64,000 bases of DNA from Octopus vulgaris (lineage: Eukaryota): positions 111,972,001 to 112,036,000 of the forward strand of contig OX597816.1 in the NCBI GenBank assembly GCA_951406725.2, in the 5' to 3' direction. The notes below the pieces were generated by a model that did not search any database, was not told the DNA's origin, and saw nothing but the letters and a program-made list of their open reading frames with translations. Positions 38,942-52,874 of this stretch are shown here, one piece after another (the first letter of the stretch is position 1; each line of letters starts with the position of its first letter). The translations under genes were made by a program, and so were the position numbers.

Positions 38942-39214
38942 TCATCATCGTTTAACGTCCGTTCTCCATGCTAGCATGGGTTGGACAGTTCGACCGGGGA
39001 TCTGGGAAGCCAGAAGGCTGCACCAGGCTCCGGTCTTATCTGGCAATGTTTCTACAGCTGGATGCCCTTCCTAATGCCAACCACTCCGTGAGTGTAGTGG
39101 GTGCTTTTTACGTGCCACCTGCACTGGTGCCAGGCGAGGCTGGCATCGGCCTCGGTCGGATTGGTGCATTTTACGTGCCACCTGCACGGAAGCCAGTCGA
39201 GGCGGCACTGGCAT
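38942..39214 (-). mobile_element. Young RTE 3' end, inverted relative to 38145-38410
   Basis: Near-identical reverse complement. ORFs 38050- and 38968+ mirror each other. Confidence 0.92.
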
Positions 39215-39812
39215 TCTGTAGGAATGCTAAGTCATATTCATTTAGTGAGTTTACATGTGAAAGGATGAATTATGATGTTGTCATTGGCAATGTCAGTGGT
39301 GATGAATTTCATTGTCCTTGTCATGCATGGGAAATAAAATGTGGTTCACCTACCTTCTCTCGTCTGCGCCTGTTGAGTAGTAGTCACTCCAGCGATCCTG
39401 CCCTACCCTGTCACACAGTATAAGCAGCTGCTACCTGACCAACCCAGGAGCGAATTCCCTGATGTCCATTCACGATGCCTCAGTGGACAAGAATTAGTTG
39501 ACCCTGTCCTGTCTCCCCCACACTTCCCTTCTTACACTTCCTCTTCCAGTCAGTTCCTTGACCATTGACATCATGGCCCTCTTCTTTCAGCTCATCCCCA
39601 CAGTCCTAATGTGGAGAAAGTTAGCAATAGCTTCCTGGAGACAAACGCAAGCTAAATTTCTTAAACAAAGAAACACTGATCTATTTAAGGAAATTGCTGG
39701 GTTCCATTGCAATAGATAGAAACTCCAAGCAATGTAAAATAAGGCCCGGATTGTGATTACCAGCATGAACGTCAAACTTCAAAAAGTAGTTAACCTTTTA
39801 GTGGTTTTAGTA

Positions 39813-39933
39813 AATTTATCCAGCATAAATAAAAGTCAACTTCACTTTATTTCTCTGTAAAAACCTATTCTGAAATTTATCCAGCATAAATAAAAGTCAA
39901 CTTCACTTTATTTCTCTGTAAAAACCTATTCTG
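39813..39933. repeat. Exact tandem duplication of a ~60-bp unit
   Basis: aaatttatccagcataaataaaagtcaacttcactttatttctctgtaaaaacctattctg occurs twice. Confidence 0.9.
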
Positions 39934-40329
39934 ACATTAAATGAATCAACTTCCCATACGAATGTTTACATCTGCGCGTCATTTTCCAACAAAAAAATTT
40001 CTAAAATATTCTGGAAACAATCTTCTCATTTAATTTACGCACACCCTAAAGTTTATTTTTGTTTTTGCAAAAAAAAGTGTGTAAATTATATGGGTTTTTA
40101 TGGTATTTTTGCCAAGAATAGAGATTTAGGAGCCTTATGCAAATAGAAAACTACAGATATATCTTTGTAAATAATCATGAAGAGTTAATAACTACAAAAC
40201 AAATAACCACAAAACAAAATAGTTATTTTGTTTTCAGGGAAACTAACAAATACAAAGTAGAAGCTGAAATGACAGAAATTTATGAAGAAAAGAGGAGAAA
40301 GAGCAGAAATTGCAAAGAACTAAATTCTA

Positions 40330-40800
40330 AGATAGAAAGGTGATACTAAATGCTATAATGAAGTAGCAGCAAGAAAAGCCCCTAAATTTTTTTTTATGGC
40401 AATCCCTATAAAAGCTGAAAAGAGTGAGAATAGATTAGGAAAATTACAACGTTGGTTGAGAAACAGAGGGCTTAAAGCCAAAACTGAAGTATTCTTCATT
40501 GCAGCATAAGGCCAAAGTCTCCTCAGCAGAAATCATGAGAAAATATACCAAGAAACTGAATATGGTAAGAGCAGAATATATGGAGATAGTGATAAGAATA
40601 ATTCCCCACTGTGTTTATTGTTTCCTAGGCTTACCTGAGAAAGACTACATCCACACACTCGAAAGAGTCGAGATTACACAATTGGAAACTATGCAAGTGT
40701 AATGAAATATCAATGGAAATGATATGGTACACACCATAAAAAGCGAGTATATGACATGGAAAACACCCTATACAAAAGGAATGAAATGATTCAAACCAAC
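40330..40800 (+). mobile_element. Decayed Dong/R4-like LINE fragment
   Basis: WLRNRGLKAKTEVFFIAA motif, then attacacaattggaaactatgcaag (HW..C) and tggtac (WY). Confidence 0.65.
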
Positions 40801-41117
40801 AGATCCAGGATTACCTTCGCTATCAAGTTTCTGTGTTGGGCCTTATTCACAACACACCCATCTTTCAGTACATGTAGTGGAAGACATCACCACATCTCTG
40901 CATGTATTTTGAAAGAGTTGATGACAGCTAGTCCACTTTACAATGTCTTTTACAATAGTTACCAAACAAATGAAAACTACCTGCCCTTTTTCATTTTCAC
41001 TTGACCAAGCTCCATCAAAGAAACAATTTGAGGAGCAATATATCTATTATTAATATCTCCATGCTGAATTACAAAAATAACCACAAACTACTAGTAAAAA
41101 CGATAAACGTCACCTTT

Positions 41118-41410
41118 TTTCAAGCCTAGCCAGGCTCATGGGCCCAGTTTCCCGGTTTCTGTGGTGTATGTGTTCCCCCCAGCTGGATGGGATGCCAGTC
41201 CATTGCAGCATTACTCAAGAAACAGGAAGAGAGTGAGAGAAAGTTGTGGCGAAAGAGAACAGGGGTCACCACCACCTCCTGCTGGAGCCTCGTGGAGCTT
41301 TTAGGTGTTTGCGCTCAATAAACACACACAGCGCCTGGTCTGGGAATCGAAACTACGATCCTCCGATCACGAGTCTGCTGCCCTAACCACTGGGCCATTG
41401 CACCTCCACA
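41118..41410 (-). mobile_element. tRNA-derived SINE, family C (V-domain-like)
   Basis: Head ggaggtgcaatggcccagtggttagggcagcagactcgtgatcggaggatcgtagtttcgattccc. Body gctgcaatggactggcatcccatccagctgggg. Confidence 0.85.
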
Positions 41411-42404
41411 AGCTACTAGTAAAGCTTATAATCTTCATTGTGTTTCTAAAGTTTTATAAGTATAAACCTACTAGCTGAGTCACTAAACCAAACAAGAGCC
41501 AAAAAAGGAGCTTCGTCTACAAAATCGTTCTAGCTACAAGAAATAACAGCCAAATCTGTTTCAGATCACACTAACTTGAAATAAAACACTTTGATACAAT
41601 GTCTGTAAAAACACTTAGATACAAAATGTCTCTAAAAAATGGATGATCGTGACTGGCCTACCTTTGATATAATGTATCATCAGGACTGATAAGGAGTTAA
41701 ATAGCAATTAACAGCATCAATAACTACTAAAGCAAACTGTTAAAATTCAATGAAATTGTAAACATTATTTAGACAGAGAGACAAGTGTTCTCCATTGTAT
41801 TAGATCAATAGTAGGCTTCACTTAAGTCAAACTTGTTTATTTCAACACAAACAACATACTTAATTTCAAAGGTTACCTTGACATATAAAGGAATATAAAG
41901 GAATAAATTCTTAAATACATTTCATTCTAGTTAACATAGATCTTCTAAATACATATTTCTCATATATCAAAACTTGCCTGTACATAGGTACATCAACAGT
42001 AAATTAAACCTCCAATATGATTCCAATATATAGGAATAATAGACTTCCTCCATTGCTTGGTTTGGCATGACAGTTTCTTTTCTGACCTGCTCAGACCAGA
42101 GAAATGAACCAAATGTTTGCAACAAGTGGGCTAACAGCATGGATCTACAATTCTGAGGGGACCTACTCTCCTTGTTAGAGGTAGAGGAAGACCTTTTCAA
42201 TAAATGATTATCTATCTCTCTCTTCTGCTATTTGTAATTCTATCATAAACAGTTTATGGTATATATCTGAAACCCAAAGATAAGATACATGTATCTAATA
42301 CTGATTTCTGAAATATTTCATGAATAGGTTGAAAGGGGATTTGCATTTCACATATAACTTGGACCTGTTACTTCTTAAAATAGAACTTAAATTTTACATC
42401 TGGG

Positions 42405-42700
42405 TTTGGGCTAAATTCACTTCAACATTTAAATATTTTCGTCGCTTTGAGACCACGACCTGTTCACTGACAAAATTCTGTGCAGCACAGAATTTGTGTG
42501 TTTCTTAAATGGCTTATAAACACCTTCCATGCTGCAATTGTTTTCGTTCCAGCTCACAATCTCAGATCATGTCACTTGTTATGCAAATACATCTACTTTT
42601 AGAAAGTCTTTTGAGAATTTGAGATCTGTTTTAACTACTGTGCAAACAGATTTTGTATGTTTCTTAAATGGCTTATAAACACCTTCCACGCTGCAATTCA
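42405..42700. mobile_element. Rearranged Penelope-like terminal repeat with a partial G3-C8 hammerhead (minus strand, 42431-42475)
   Basis: 42405-42478 matches 54630-54708 directly. 42495-42600 matches 54520-54630 in inverted orientation. Confidence 0.6.
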
Positions 42701-42861
42701 TTTCTAAAAGTCGTTGAAAGCTTCTGTTACTTATACAACCTAAAATTAGCAATGGCGTAGTGTGTTCTTAAAGCAGAGTTGTCAGAGCAAGAATCAAGTG
42801 GAAAATTCAAGAAGCTCTATAAGGATGTACTTCACTCTCAAAGGGAAGAGCAGACTGTATG

Positions 42862-42932
<71 letters not shown>

Positions 42933-44794
42933 CGTGTGTGATTTCACATTTTACATTTCACATGAAAAAAAAGAAGTATCAATCTAAAAAATGATGAAGT
43001 TTGTTGACATGTTGACATTCCCTGTAAGGAAAATTGTCCTCTAGCTCTTTGAAAAGCAAATTAAATAATGAATTCTTCACTTGAAAAAGCATATAAAGAT
43101 TTGTGCCAAAAAGGACTTCCACCTGTAAAACAATGCCTTGATAATATATATTCATCCAATCAATGCTAGCATGGAAAACACTTATAAAGAAGTGAATAAT
43201 AAATGAATGAAAAACATAGATACATATATTTCCCAGAGGTAAGCTTCTTCTCTATAAAACTGCTTCACTTTTGCATGATCCTACATTTATTACCTATAGT
43301 ATATGTTTTTAAAAAATCTATTTTGCAATTCAATTTCATCAAAAGCTGCCACCAGTTCTTCAGAGGACCCTTTGCAAACAAATAAACAAATCTATTCTGT
43401 CATCTTTTAACAAATATTTCAGCAAAATTGTATTTGTATACTTTTCAATATTTGCTGACATATGGAAATATATAATTCATAACTTATAGATGAACCTATA
43501 CACATATTTCTGAATTTGAGCAGCTATATGTATGTTGTTTGTGTTTATGGCAAGAGGAAGTGAGTAAGAGAGAGACAGACAGAAGGTGAGAGAGAAAAAG
43601 AGAGAGATAGGACAGAAGAGAGAGATTTAGTTTGTGCATATACAGTTTGATATATGCACTGATACATAAACTTAAAATTCTGTTGTTATTAAACCCTTCT
43701 TTGTCTCACTTAGGATTATATTCATTTCAATCCTATTAGAACTATGGTAAATAGCAGTATATATTCTATATATATTTTATTATTGTTATTCTTGGAAGAT
43801 ATCAAAACAATTGAAAATGTCATATTCTAGCTAAGTTTTATAACTACTCTATATTACACCTTTATCTACTTAAAATATAATCTATTCTGACAAAATATTT
43901 TGTAATGCTTTCATTGATATCAACCAAATATTGAACATAGTTGAAATATCACAAAAATGAAAACAGATCTATTACTTTTCTAGAATGCTTTATGAGAAAG
44001 AAAATATTTTGATCTACATGACGTGTGTCAAATGGAAAAAAAAAATAATAATTCCAGTCAGATAATAAAAGTGCATACCTTGGGACTGAAGTAGATCTAG
44101 TAGAGAGGATGAGGAAGAGGTTTGATAAAGTAGAGGTGTTTTATATTTGATCATAGAAACAAGACTCACTGATAACTGATAAAAAGATTCAACAGATATA
44201 TAAACATGAGATATTCTACAGACTTGATATAAATCCATTGCAGCACATAGTACTAAAATAAAATAGATACATCACAATGATGATGAAATTGTGACTGTTG
44301 CTCATAGTTATTACTTTTTTCGCAATTCCTTCACTTCACTGGTCGTCTCTCCCTCTCAGCCTCTCTTTCCCTCTCACTTCTCTCTCCACCTTTCTCCCCC
44401 ACTTTATCTGTTTCATTCGAGATTTTCGTTTTGGTAAGACTTAACAAATATTATTTCAAGGGAAAAAGCTAATCATACTCTTTTAAAATGTTTTCCATCC
44501 TTGAAATATCAGAGGTAAAAAATATATTTATTTCTTTTATCTCAAGGCTCTCAAATAACCTCATTTTAAAGTTCAATTTTCATTCAGGAAATGCTACAAT
44601 TCCTTTCATCAACAGCATCCTCCTTAGACATAAGCAGTCTGAAAAGTTAAAATTGTATGGAATACTTTTATATGACCCCGTTAATCTATTGTTTACTTCT
44701 AATTAACTTTGATTAAGCAAATCTATGACCAAAAGCATTCCAACTGTAACCATTCTGTCTTTTTTTTATGGATATCAAGCACTTCTCTTTCTCT

Positions 44795-45535
44795 TGTGAC
44801 ATGGCATATTTATGCCATTGACAAATTATGGCTTGTTCTCCTTCCATTTATTTCTGTCTCTCGTAACATCACCTAGGTCTTTCTCACTCTGCACATTCAT
44901 TCTCTTCTTCATCCAGTTGAACATCTTCATTCTCTACCTTCCTCTCGCTCTCCTTCCAACCAGCTCAGTCTCCACCATATAATGCTCCATTCCATCATCC
45001 TCTCTGAGAAAATGACCAACAAATCTCCACTGTCTCTCTTTGATAGTATCCATCAACTATCTCTTCATTTTCATTGTCTTCAACACTTCCACATTCGTCA
45101 CCCACTGTAGCCACAAAATTCTAAGCATTTTTCTATAAAACCACATTTCTGTAGCTTTGAGTCTCTTCTCTATAACTTTGCTAATTGTCCAAGACTCACA
45201 TCCATATGTTAGCACCGACCAGATGTAGCATTTCAGTAGTCTTTTCGTGACTTCCATTCCAATTCTCTTTGCACAAAAAAATGCTCCTCATATCCATAAA
45301 ATTCTTCTTTGCTAATCCAATTCTGCACTTGATGTCCTTATCTGACCTTCTATCTGATGTTATCCTCCTTCCCAGATATATGAAACTGTCCTTCTCTATC
45401 CCAGTTCCATTCACCATCAAGCGACATGTGGGCACCTGTGCTTTCTCGGTACAGCCCATTGAGAAGGTTTTCTGCAGTTAATCATCAATACAAGCTTTCC
45501 ACTCTCCTCAGTCACGATATTAATCAATCCCTGAA
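44795..45535 (-). mobile_element. RTE (BovB-like) LINE 3' fragment
   Basis: FIYLGRRITSDRRSDKDIKCRIGLAK and KRLLKCYIWSVLTYGCESWT...EMWFYRKMLRI. Confidence 0.9.
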
Positions 45536-45863
45536 GCACTATGTTACCGTATTTGTTTAAGACAATGGAGTTTGGTATGAGAGAGATTTAGCTACTACGC
45601 CTAGCAGGACAAACTGTCATATAGAGACTACCTCACACTCTTATCACATCAGCCTTTAAGGTTTTATATTATATAAAACATATAAGGAGCTCCAGCCAGT
45701 AACTACTGCTTCTACAATATTGAGCTTTGTCCACATGGTTAGATAGGTGTCTCAAATGTCTTGTTTACTCAATATTCACTTAAGCTGTCTTTGATGTAGA
45801 TTTTTTTACTCAGTAATTTTAGTTAGCAACCATGTCTAGTTATTGTTATTATTAGTTAGCTCC

Positions 45864-46325
45864 AGGCGGCAAGCTGGCAGAATCATTAACGTGCTGGGCG
45901 AAATATTTAGCAGTATTCTGTCTGCCATTATGTTCTGAATTCAAATTCTTATTTCTTTACTGCCCACAAGGAGCTACAGACAGAGGAGACAAACAAAGAC
46001 AGACAAACGGTTTAAGTCGATTATATTGACCCCAGTGCATAACTGGTACTTATTTAATCGACCCCGAAAGGATGAAAGGCAAAGTCAACCTCGGCAGAAT
46101 CTGAACTCAGAACGTAGTAGCAGACGAAATACTGCTAAGCATTTTGCCCGGCATGCTAACGTTTCTGCCAGCTTACCACCTTCTGAATTCAAATTCTGCC
46201 AAGGTCAACTTTGCCTTTCTTCCTTTCAGGGTGGATAAGATTAGTATCAGTTATGCACTGGAGTCGATGCAATCAACTTAATCCCTTCCCCCAAATTTGA
46301 GGTCTTGTGTTTCCAGTAGAAAGGA
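45864..46325 (+). mobile_element. SINE family B interrupted at its B-box by an inverted Tx1-tailed SINE
   Basis: 17-bp TSD ttctgaattcaaattct at 45933-45949 and 46181-46197. Confidence 0.88.
45950..46180 (-). mobile_element. SINE family B variant with a Tx1/L1-like tail (second copy)
   Basis: Colinear with 12124-12350. Confidence 0.88.
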
Positions 46326-47576
46326 TTATTATTTAGCTCCAGAAGATGGCAAGCCCACAGAATCATTAGCAGTAGCATGCTACACAAAACGCTTAGAGGC
46401 ATTTCATGTCTTTACAGTCTGAGTTAAAATTCCACCTAGGTCAACTTTGCTTTTCATTCTTTTAGGTTTGATAAATTAAGTACCAGTCAAGCACTGGGGT
46501 TCGATGCAATCGACTACCCCCACCTCCCACAAAATTTCAGGCCTTGTGCCTGAAATAGAAATGATTATTTAGCTCCAGATCAAATCTGTGATCAAAAGCC
46601 TTTCATCCATAATTTTTCCAATTTTTACTCAGGCACAGTGCACCCAGGACTACAATATACAATGTCTCCTTTCTGAACTCAGTAAGATATATTGTGAGAT
46701 TGACTTGGTTACAGTTTCAAGCAATTATAGCTACAACATAGAGGCTCGGTCATTAACTCACCAATCATTTGGAAGTTTGTGCTGTAAAAGAAAAAAAAAA
46801 AACATCTATTTGATAACTTATCAAATTACTTCTTGAATAATTATGTGACTAACCTTTATATGTCTAAAAGAATATAAATGTTTCATGTTTATCAAGGAGA
46901 GTTTAATACACTCTGACACCTAAGAGTATTAAAACCAAATAAATCACCTTAACCAGTTTTATGATAGGCTGAGAATTAGATTTAGGATTGTAATCAAGCT
47001 ACTTCAGAGTAGTATAAGCCATTGCAGTAATGTACAAGAAACAAACAACATATCTGTGAGTCTGGGAGTTATTGTTGTAGTAAACCTCAATTCAGTCTGT
47101 AACTTTTTACATAGTCTCCAAGACTAGTAGAAGGGCGGGAGAAAGGGATATTCAAACTGAAGACTTGGCCAGAATGTTTGTAACGGAATGATACCCTGGG
47201 TGCCAGCTATTTATGTCAAACTAGATGACTGATTAAGTATTCTACCCAAATAAGCCATAGCAGAGTTTGAACTCAGAATGTAAAGAAGTGGAACAAACAT
47301 CACAACACACTTGGTCCAATGTTCTTACAATTCCAACAATTCATTTTGATTGATGGGTTTTTTTTCTTATGGCTGGGTTCCAACCCAGGCTGCATTAACA
47401 AAGTCAACCCTCCACACGTCTTGGCCCAACATCACTACCTCAAGGTCCTGGATACATTCCAGGCCAGTATTTGTGATCAAGGGTTGTTGATGCAAGTATG
47501 ATGTTTTCTTCTTACATCACCATGAAGTGGGTTCCACAAGACTAATTTGGATGCCTCTAGTTCAGGGTGGCTACAG

Positions 47577-47860
47577 TGGAGGCACATGGCCTAGTGGTTA
47601 GAGCAGCAGACTTGCGGTCGAGGGATCATGGGTTCGAATCTCAGACTTGGAGATGTGTATGTTTATGAGTGAAACACCTAAGCTCTAGCAGAAAGTAATG
47701 GTGAACTTCTGCTGACTCTTTTGCAACGACTTTCTTTCACTCTTTCCTCCTACATCTTGCAGCTCACCTCCGACAGACCGACGTCCCGTCCAGGTGGGGA
47801 ACCTATACGCCAAGGAAACCAGCCCTTATGAGCCAGGCATGGCTCAAGAAGGAACAAACA
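47577..47860 (+). mobile_element. SINE family C
   Basis: tRNA-like head ggaggcacatggcctagtggttagagcagcagacttgcggtcgagggatcatgggttcgaatc. The sequence cagggtggctacag is repeated on both flanks (TSD-like). Confidence 0.85.
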
Positions 47861-47929
47861 GGGTGGCTACAGATAACAGTGACAAAGACCTTGGTTTTAC
47901 CATTGACCAGTAAAGACTACCAGCAGTAA

Positions 47930-48350
47930 CCATCACAGACTTGGACTTTGTAGATGATGTTGCATGCATATTTGATGAAGTAGATCAAGTACAGCAGAGT
48001 AGAAACATCAGCTTCCAAAACTGGACTGCATACTATGTCACACAAATGTCAAGAAAACCAAATACATATCTTTCAAGCAATCGAGTTATGTTGACCAGTT
48101 TGCTTTGAGTGATTCCAAATTAAATGTTGCTGAAGATTTCAAGTACTTAGGTGAGTGAGAGCAGTTTGGAAGCAGGTTTCAAGATTAGGAAGGCACAATC
48201 ATGGACAGCCCATCACAAACTAAAGAAGGTCTGGGTATGGAACTCCAAACTGCCCAGGTGGATCAAAATCAAGCTGTTCATTGCAACTGCCAAATTGGTG
48301 CTATCATAAGGCTGTGAAACATGGAGACTGACAAAGAAATTGCCACAGAT
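47930..48350 (+). mobile_element. Decayed RTE RT fragment
   Basis: ITDLDFVDDV, DFKYLG and GCETWRLTK motifs. Confidence 0.75.
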
Positions 48351-48351
48351 C

Positions 48352-48757
48352 TCTTTTACTTGTTTCAGTTATTTGAATGTGGCCATGCTGGAGCACTGCC
48401 TTTAGTCGAGCAAATCGACCCCAGGACTTATTTTTTTTGTAAGCCTAGTACTTATTCTATCGATCACTTTTGCTGAACTGTTAAGTTATGGAGACGTAAA
48501 CACATCAGCATCAGTTGTCAAGCAGTATTGAGGGGACAAACACAGACACACACACACACATATATATATATATACACACATATACACATATATACGATGG
48601 GCTTCTTTTGGTTTCCGTCTACCAAATCCACTCACAAGGTTTTAGTCAGCCCGAGGCTATAGTAGAAGACACTTGCCCAAAGTGCCACACAGTGGGACTG
48701 AACCTGGAACCATGTGGTTGGTAAGCAAGCTACTTACCACACAGCCACTCCTATACC
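48352..48757 (-). mobile_element. Full-length SINE family A
   Basis: Reverse complement of head to tail. acagat flanks both sides. Confidence 0.92.
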
Positions 48758-49838
48758 TACAGATAGCTGCTTATTTCTAATTAACCCTAAAAGATTGAAA
48801 AGTAAAATTGAGTTCTGTAAGATTTGAACTCAGATAGCAAGCAATCAGAACAAATAACTACAAAGAATTCCATCTGATACTCTAACAACTCACCCAATAC
48901 AGCCATGACCATCTTGTCTTCTTAAACATAGCATAGCTAGAATTACATTATCCAAATGTGCCTTTCCAATTCTGAAATTGACTGGATGTAATTTGAGAGA
49001 AATTTAGATGCTGTTTCAGAAAGTTGGGCAACCCTAGGCACAGAGTAAAAAGAAGTTTATGTTAAGTCAAATTGACATTTGTTTTTTATGTTGCCTAAGA
49101 TATGATGATTGTGTCTATTATAACACTGTTTTCCTTTATATATGTGAGTTGTACTCCTATGTAGAGCTTCCTTGATGTTTGTAAACAGACAGAAATTGAT
49201 CAGGACTTAAGTATTTCATGGCTCTGAAATAGTTTTAATTCACAGATTTGGCAAAGTTATATAAAGATGATAAGATAAAACCTTTACATGGACACTGGAT
49301 CTGCTAGAAATAACAGCCAAATCTCTCTCAAATCACATGCAACAATCTTAGAAAATAATGAAAGTGGTTCTGGGTTCCTGCACATAGAAAAAAGACAGAG
49401 TAGCCATTGCTTGATTTCCTTTGATCATTGGTCTGCTTTAGAATGGTCAACCAGGGGCTGAACAACAAAAGAGATTGGAAGTCCTGTTTGTAATGGCAGT
49501 GATGATATCGGTTCTATATATTGATCATGCATAACAAAAATGTAATGCAGGTCTGTTGTTGTTGAAGAAAGTGGGTACATCAGAACCTATAGTGCATAGG
49601 TCAGAGAGAACTGCCATCAACGAATGCTGTAAAGAGGTAGAAAAGATTTTACCGGAAACTTCTGATCTGAGAGATTAAAGATGATGAAAGGCAAAAGTAA
49701 GCAACTGCACTAAGGGGTTCACATTGCGAGACACATTTGAAGTCTTTGATGAGGAGAGTAAGACTCCAGAAGACAATGGTGTGTGTGTGTGAGTGTGTGT
49801 GTATTTATATAATATAGTTATAACAGCTAGCACCTCAC

Positions 49839-49901
49839 ATCTCGTAATTTCACGTTACTGATCATCTGGCTGGAGTCAAAGTGCACTTCATTAGGTGCAA
49901 C
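49839..49901 (-). other. Candidate 63-nt exon, open in phase 0 (VAPNEVHFDSSQMISNVKLRD)
   Basis: Acceptor ttatttatgattataacag|GTTG and a weak donor GAT|gtgagg. Confidence 0.25.
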
Positions 49902-50190
49902 CTGTTATAATCATAAATAACTTTTGTCTTTTGACACCGAGTACAGTTTTAGACTTTTTAACTGTACCTGCATACACTCTATGCATATGTTGTGTGTGTG
50001 TATGTGTGCATGTGTGTATATGTGTATATGTGTGTATATGTGTGTGTGTGTGTTTTGTCAAGATGCACAAATGTGTGTGTGTTTTAGATATAACATGCAA
50101 AGCATATTGCTTGCAAAATTTTGAAAAGGGCATTTTACATCAAAATGTCAACTACCAATTATAATTTAATAAACGCAGGAGTGGCTTTAT

Positions 50191-50364
50191 AGGCACAGGA
50201 GTGGGCGTGTGGTAAGTAGTTTGCTTACCAACCACATGGTTCTGGGTTCAGTCCCACTGCATGGCACCTTGGGCAAGTGTCTTCTCCTATAGCCTCAGGC
50301 CAACCAAAGCATTGTGAATGGATTTGGTAGACAGAAATTGAAACTGAAAGAAGCCCATCGTATA

Positions 50365-50441
<77 letters not shown>

Positions 50442-50662
50442 AATGTGTGTGTATATGTTTCTGTGTCTGTGTTTGTCCCCCCAACATTACTTGACAAACA
50501 ATGTTGGTGTATTTATGTCCCCCGTAACTTAGCGGTTCAGCAAAAGAGACCAATAGAATAAGTACTAGACTTACAAAGAATAAGTCCTGGGGTCGATTTG
50601 CTCGACTAAAGGCGGTGCTCCAGGATGGCCACAGTTAAATGACTGAAACAAGTAAAAGAGTA
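50191..50662 (+). mobile_element. Full-length SINE family A
   Basis: Head to tail, with a long internal (TA)n. Confidence 0.92.
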
Positions 50663-51574
50663 AACAAATTATTAGAGAAAATTTAGTGATATAAATTACA
50701 AAAACTGCACTGTATAGCTCATTCTTAATTCATTTAACTTACCTAAACATTACTTCTAATTTGATCCATATGTTTTAATTTAACTAAATGCATTCATTTA
50801 GTCAGATGAGGAAAACAGACTTTAGGTAAAAGCAGAAGAAAACAAATCCTGCTAGTATTATATCAACAGACCTTGAGATTCCAGCAATTTATCAATTTAC
50901 ACAGGAAAGGGGAGTTATTAACTTGCAATAGAATTTTCAAATGGAAATCTGTGCAGGTATTTCATCCCATGAAAGCTTACCAATTGAAGAAAACATTATA
51001 GTTAACCAATGGACTCATCAATAGAGAGAAATCTTAAGAACATGTGAAGTCTTGTAATAACGTTCCTTTTCCTTTGTAAAGGTATTACATATTGTGAAGC
51101 ACCAGTTATAATCTGGTTAAATAATTTGTTACAGAGAATGAGTGATATAAATTGCATAACTTGTGCTGTATGGCTTTAGTAATTCATTTAACACACACAC
51201 AGATTAGTATATAAATAAATGTGTAGATAGATAGTGGCATGCATATATACACACGTATATATACTCATACATACACCCATATATATACATATGTTCATAT
51301 ATAAATATATATATACACACACTCACAAACACACACACTCATACACACCCACAAATGCACACACACCTACACAATCACACACACGTATATAGTTTGATAT
51401 TACTAGTTGGGAACAAAGTAGAAATCCATGAAGTTCAACAGAGCAATTGTAACATGATGACTGCAATGGGTGTACATTGTTTCACCTCCTACAAAGATAC
51501 TCGAAGTGCATGTATTATTGTGTGTCAATTTGTGCGTATCTATGCACATGTTTTTGCATGTAAGCATACACTTA

Positions 51575-52013
51575 CATGTATATATACATGTATATGTATG
51601 TGTGTAAATATATATATACATCTATATCTATCTATCTATCTATATATATATGTATATATATACACATATATATACATATATATATGCACATATATATACA
51701 TATATATATATACACATATATATATACATATACACATATATACACATATACATATACACATATATACATATACACATATATATATGCACATATATATACA
51801 TATATATATATACACATATATATATACATATACACATATATACACATATACATATACACATATATACATATACACATATATATATGCACATATATATACA
51901 TATATATATATACACATATATATATACATATACACATATATACATATACACATATACACATATATACATATACATATACATATATACATATACATATATA
52001 CATATATATATAC

Positions 52014-52094
<81 letters not shown>

Positions 52095-52183
52095 TACATA
52101 TATATATATACATATATATATATATGCATACATATATATATACATATATATATATATGCATACATATATATATACATATATAT

Positions 52184-52253
<70 letters not shown>

Positions 52254-52270
52254 CATAAATATATATATAT
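51575..52270. repeat. ~700-bp compound (TA)n/(CA)n microsatellite
   Basis: Direct reading. Source of the spurious YIYI ORFs. Confidence 0.98.
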
Positions 52271-52874
52271 TTATTTACTTCTCTGTGGGTGTGTGAGTGT
52301 GTATTCATGCACATGCATTTTGTATGTATATTGCACCTCATTGAACTAACTGCTCTATTCAAGAAGAATTCTTTGTGAATAAATTAGATATAGAAAATTA
52401 AAACCAGCATATATAATTCCTTCTATTGATTTCTCAACCTATTTCAGCTTTGAAATATCCTGTATCACACAGCATAGGAAACCATTCTTGTGTTATAATA
52501 AATAAACTCCTCACCATGTTTGTATCATAGTTTCCTTTAACAGATCTTTTGATGGACACTTTATTGAAAATAGTTATTGTTTGATTATCTTCATGCTATC
52601 ATTATCAACGGCAACATAATTTAGCATCTACTTTCTAATGCTATTTTTGTTTGCACCTGATTTGGATCAACTAAATTGCTTTCCTCTATTCATCCCCAAT
52701 GCTTTTAGTGGTTCTGAACACATATTTAGACATTCTTCATCTTTTATTATCATCACATGGTTACTGTATTTTTCATTCTACTTAGGCTTTGTCTTTTCAG
52801 AATAAATATGTAACTGTAATTCCCATTCATATATACTTTATTCATTTGGACTCCAGCACTTACATTCTTTTATA

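Larger units (their letters stand above)
37291..40105. mobile_element. Decayed Tc2/pogo-like DNA transposon containing two RTE insertions
   Basis: Left end taccataaaaattcatgtaatttgtgca. Right end gtgtgtaaattatatgggtttttatggta (reverse complement taccataaaaacccatataatttacacac). Internal taatttacgca motifs near both ends. Confidence 0.6.

Noticed and set aside
41967-42200. 77-aa minus-strand ORF with a possible GC donor
   Set aside because: No convincing acceptor and no recognisable domain.
51355-52362. Longest ORFs in the track (up to 313 aa, YIYIH-rich)
   Set aside because: Translations of a (TA/CA)n microsatellite, open in all six frames.
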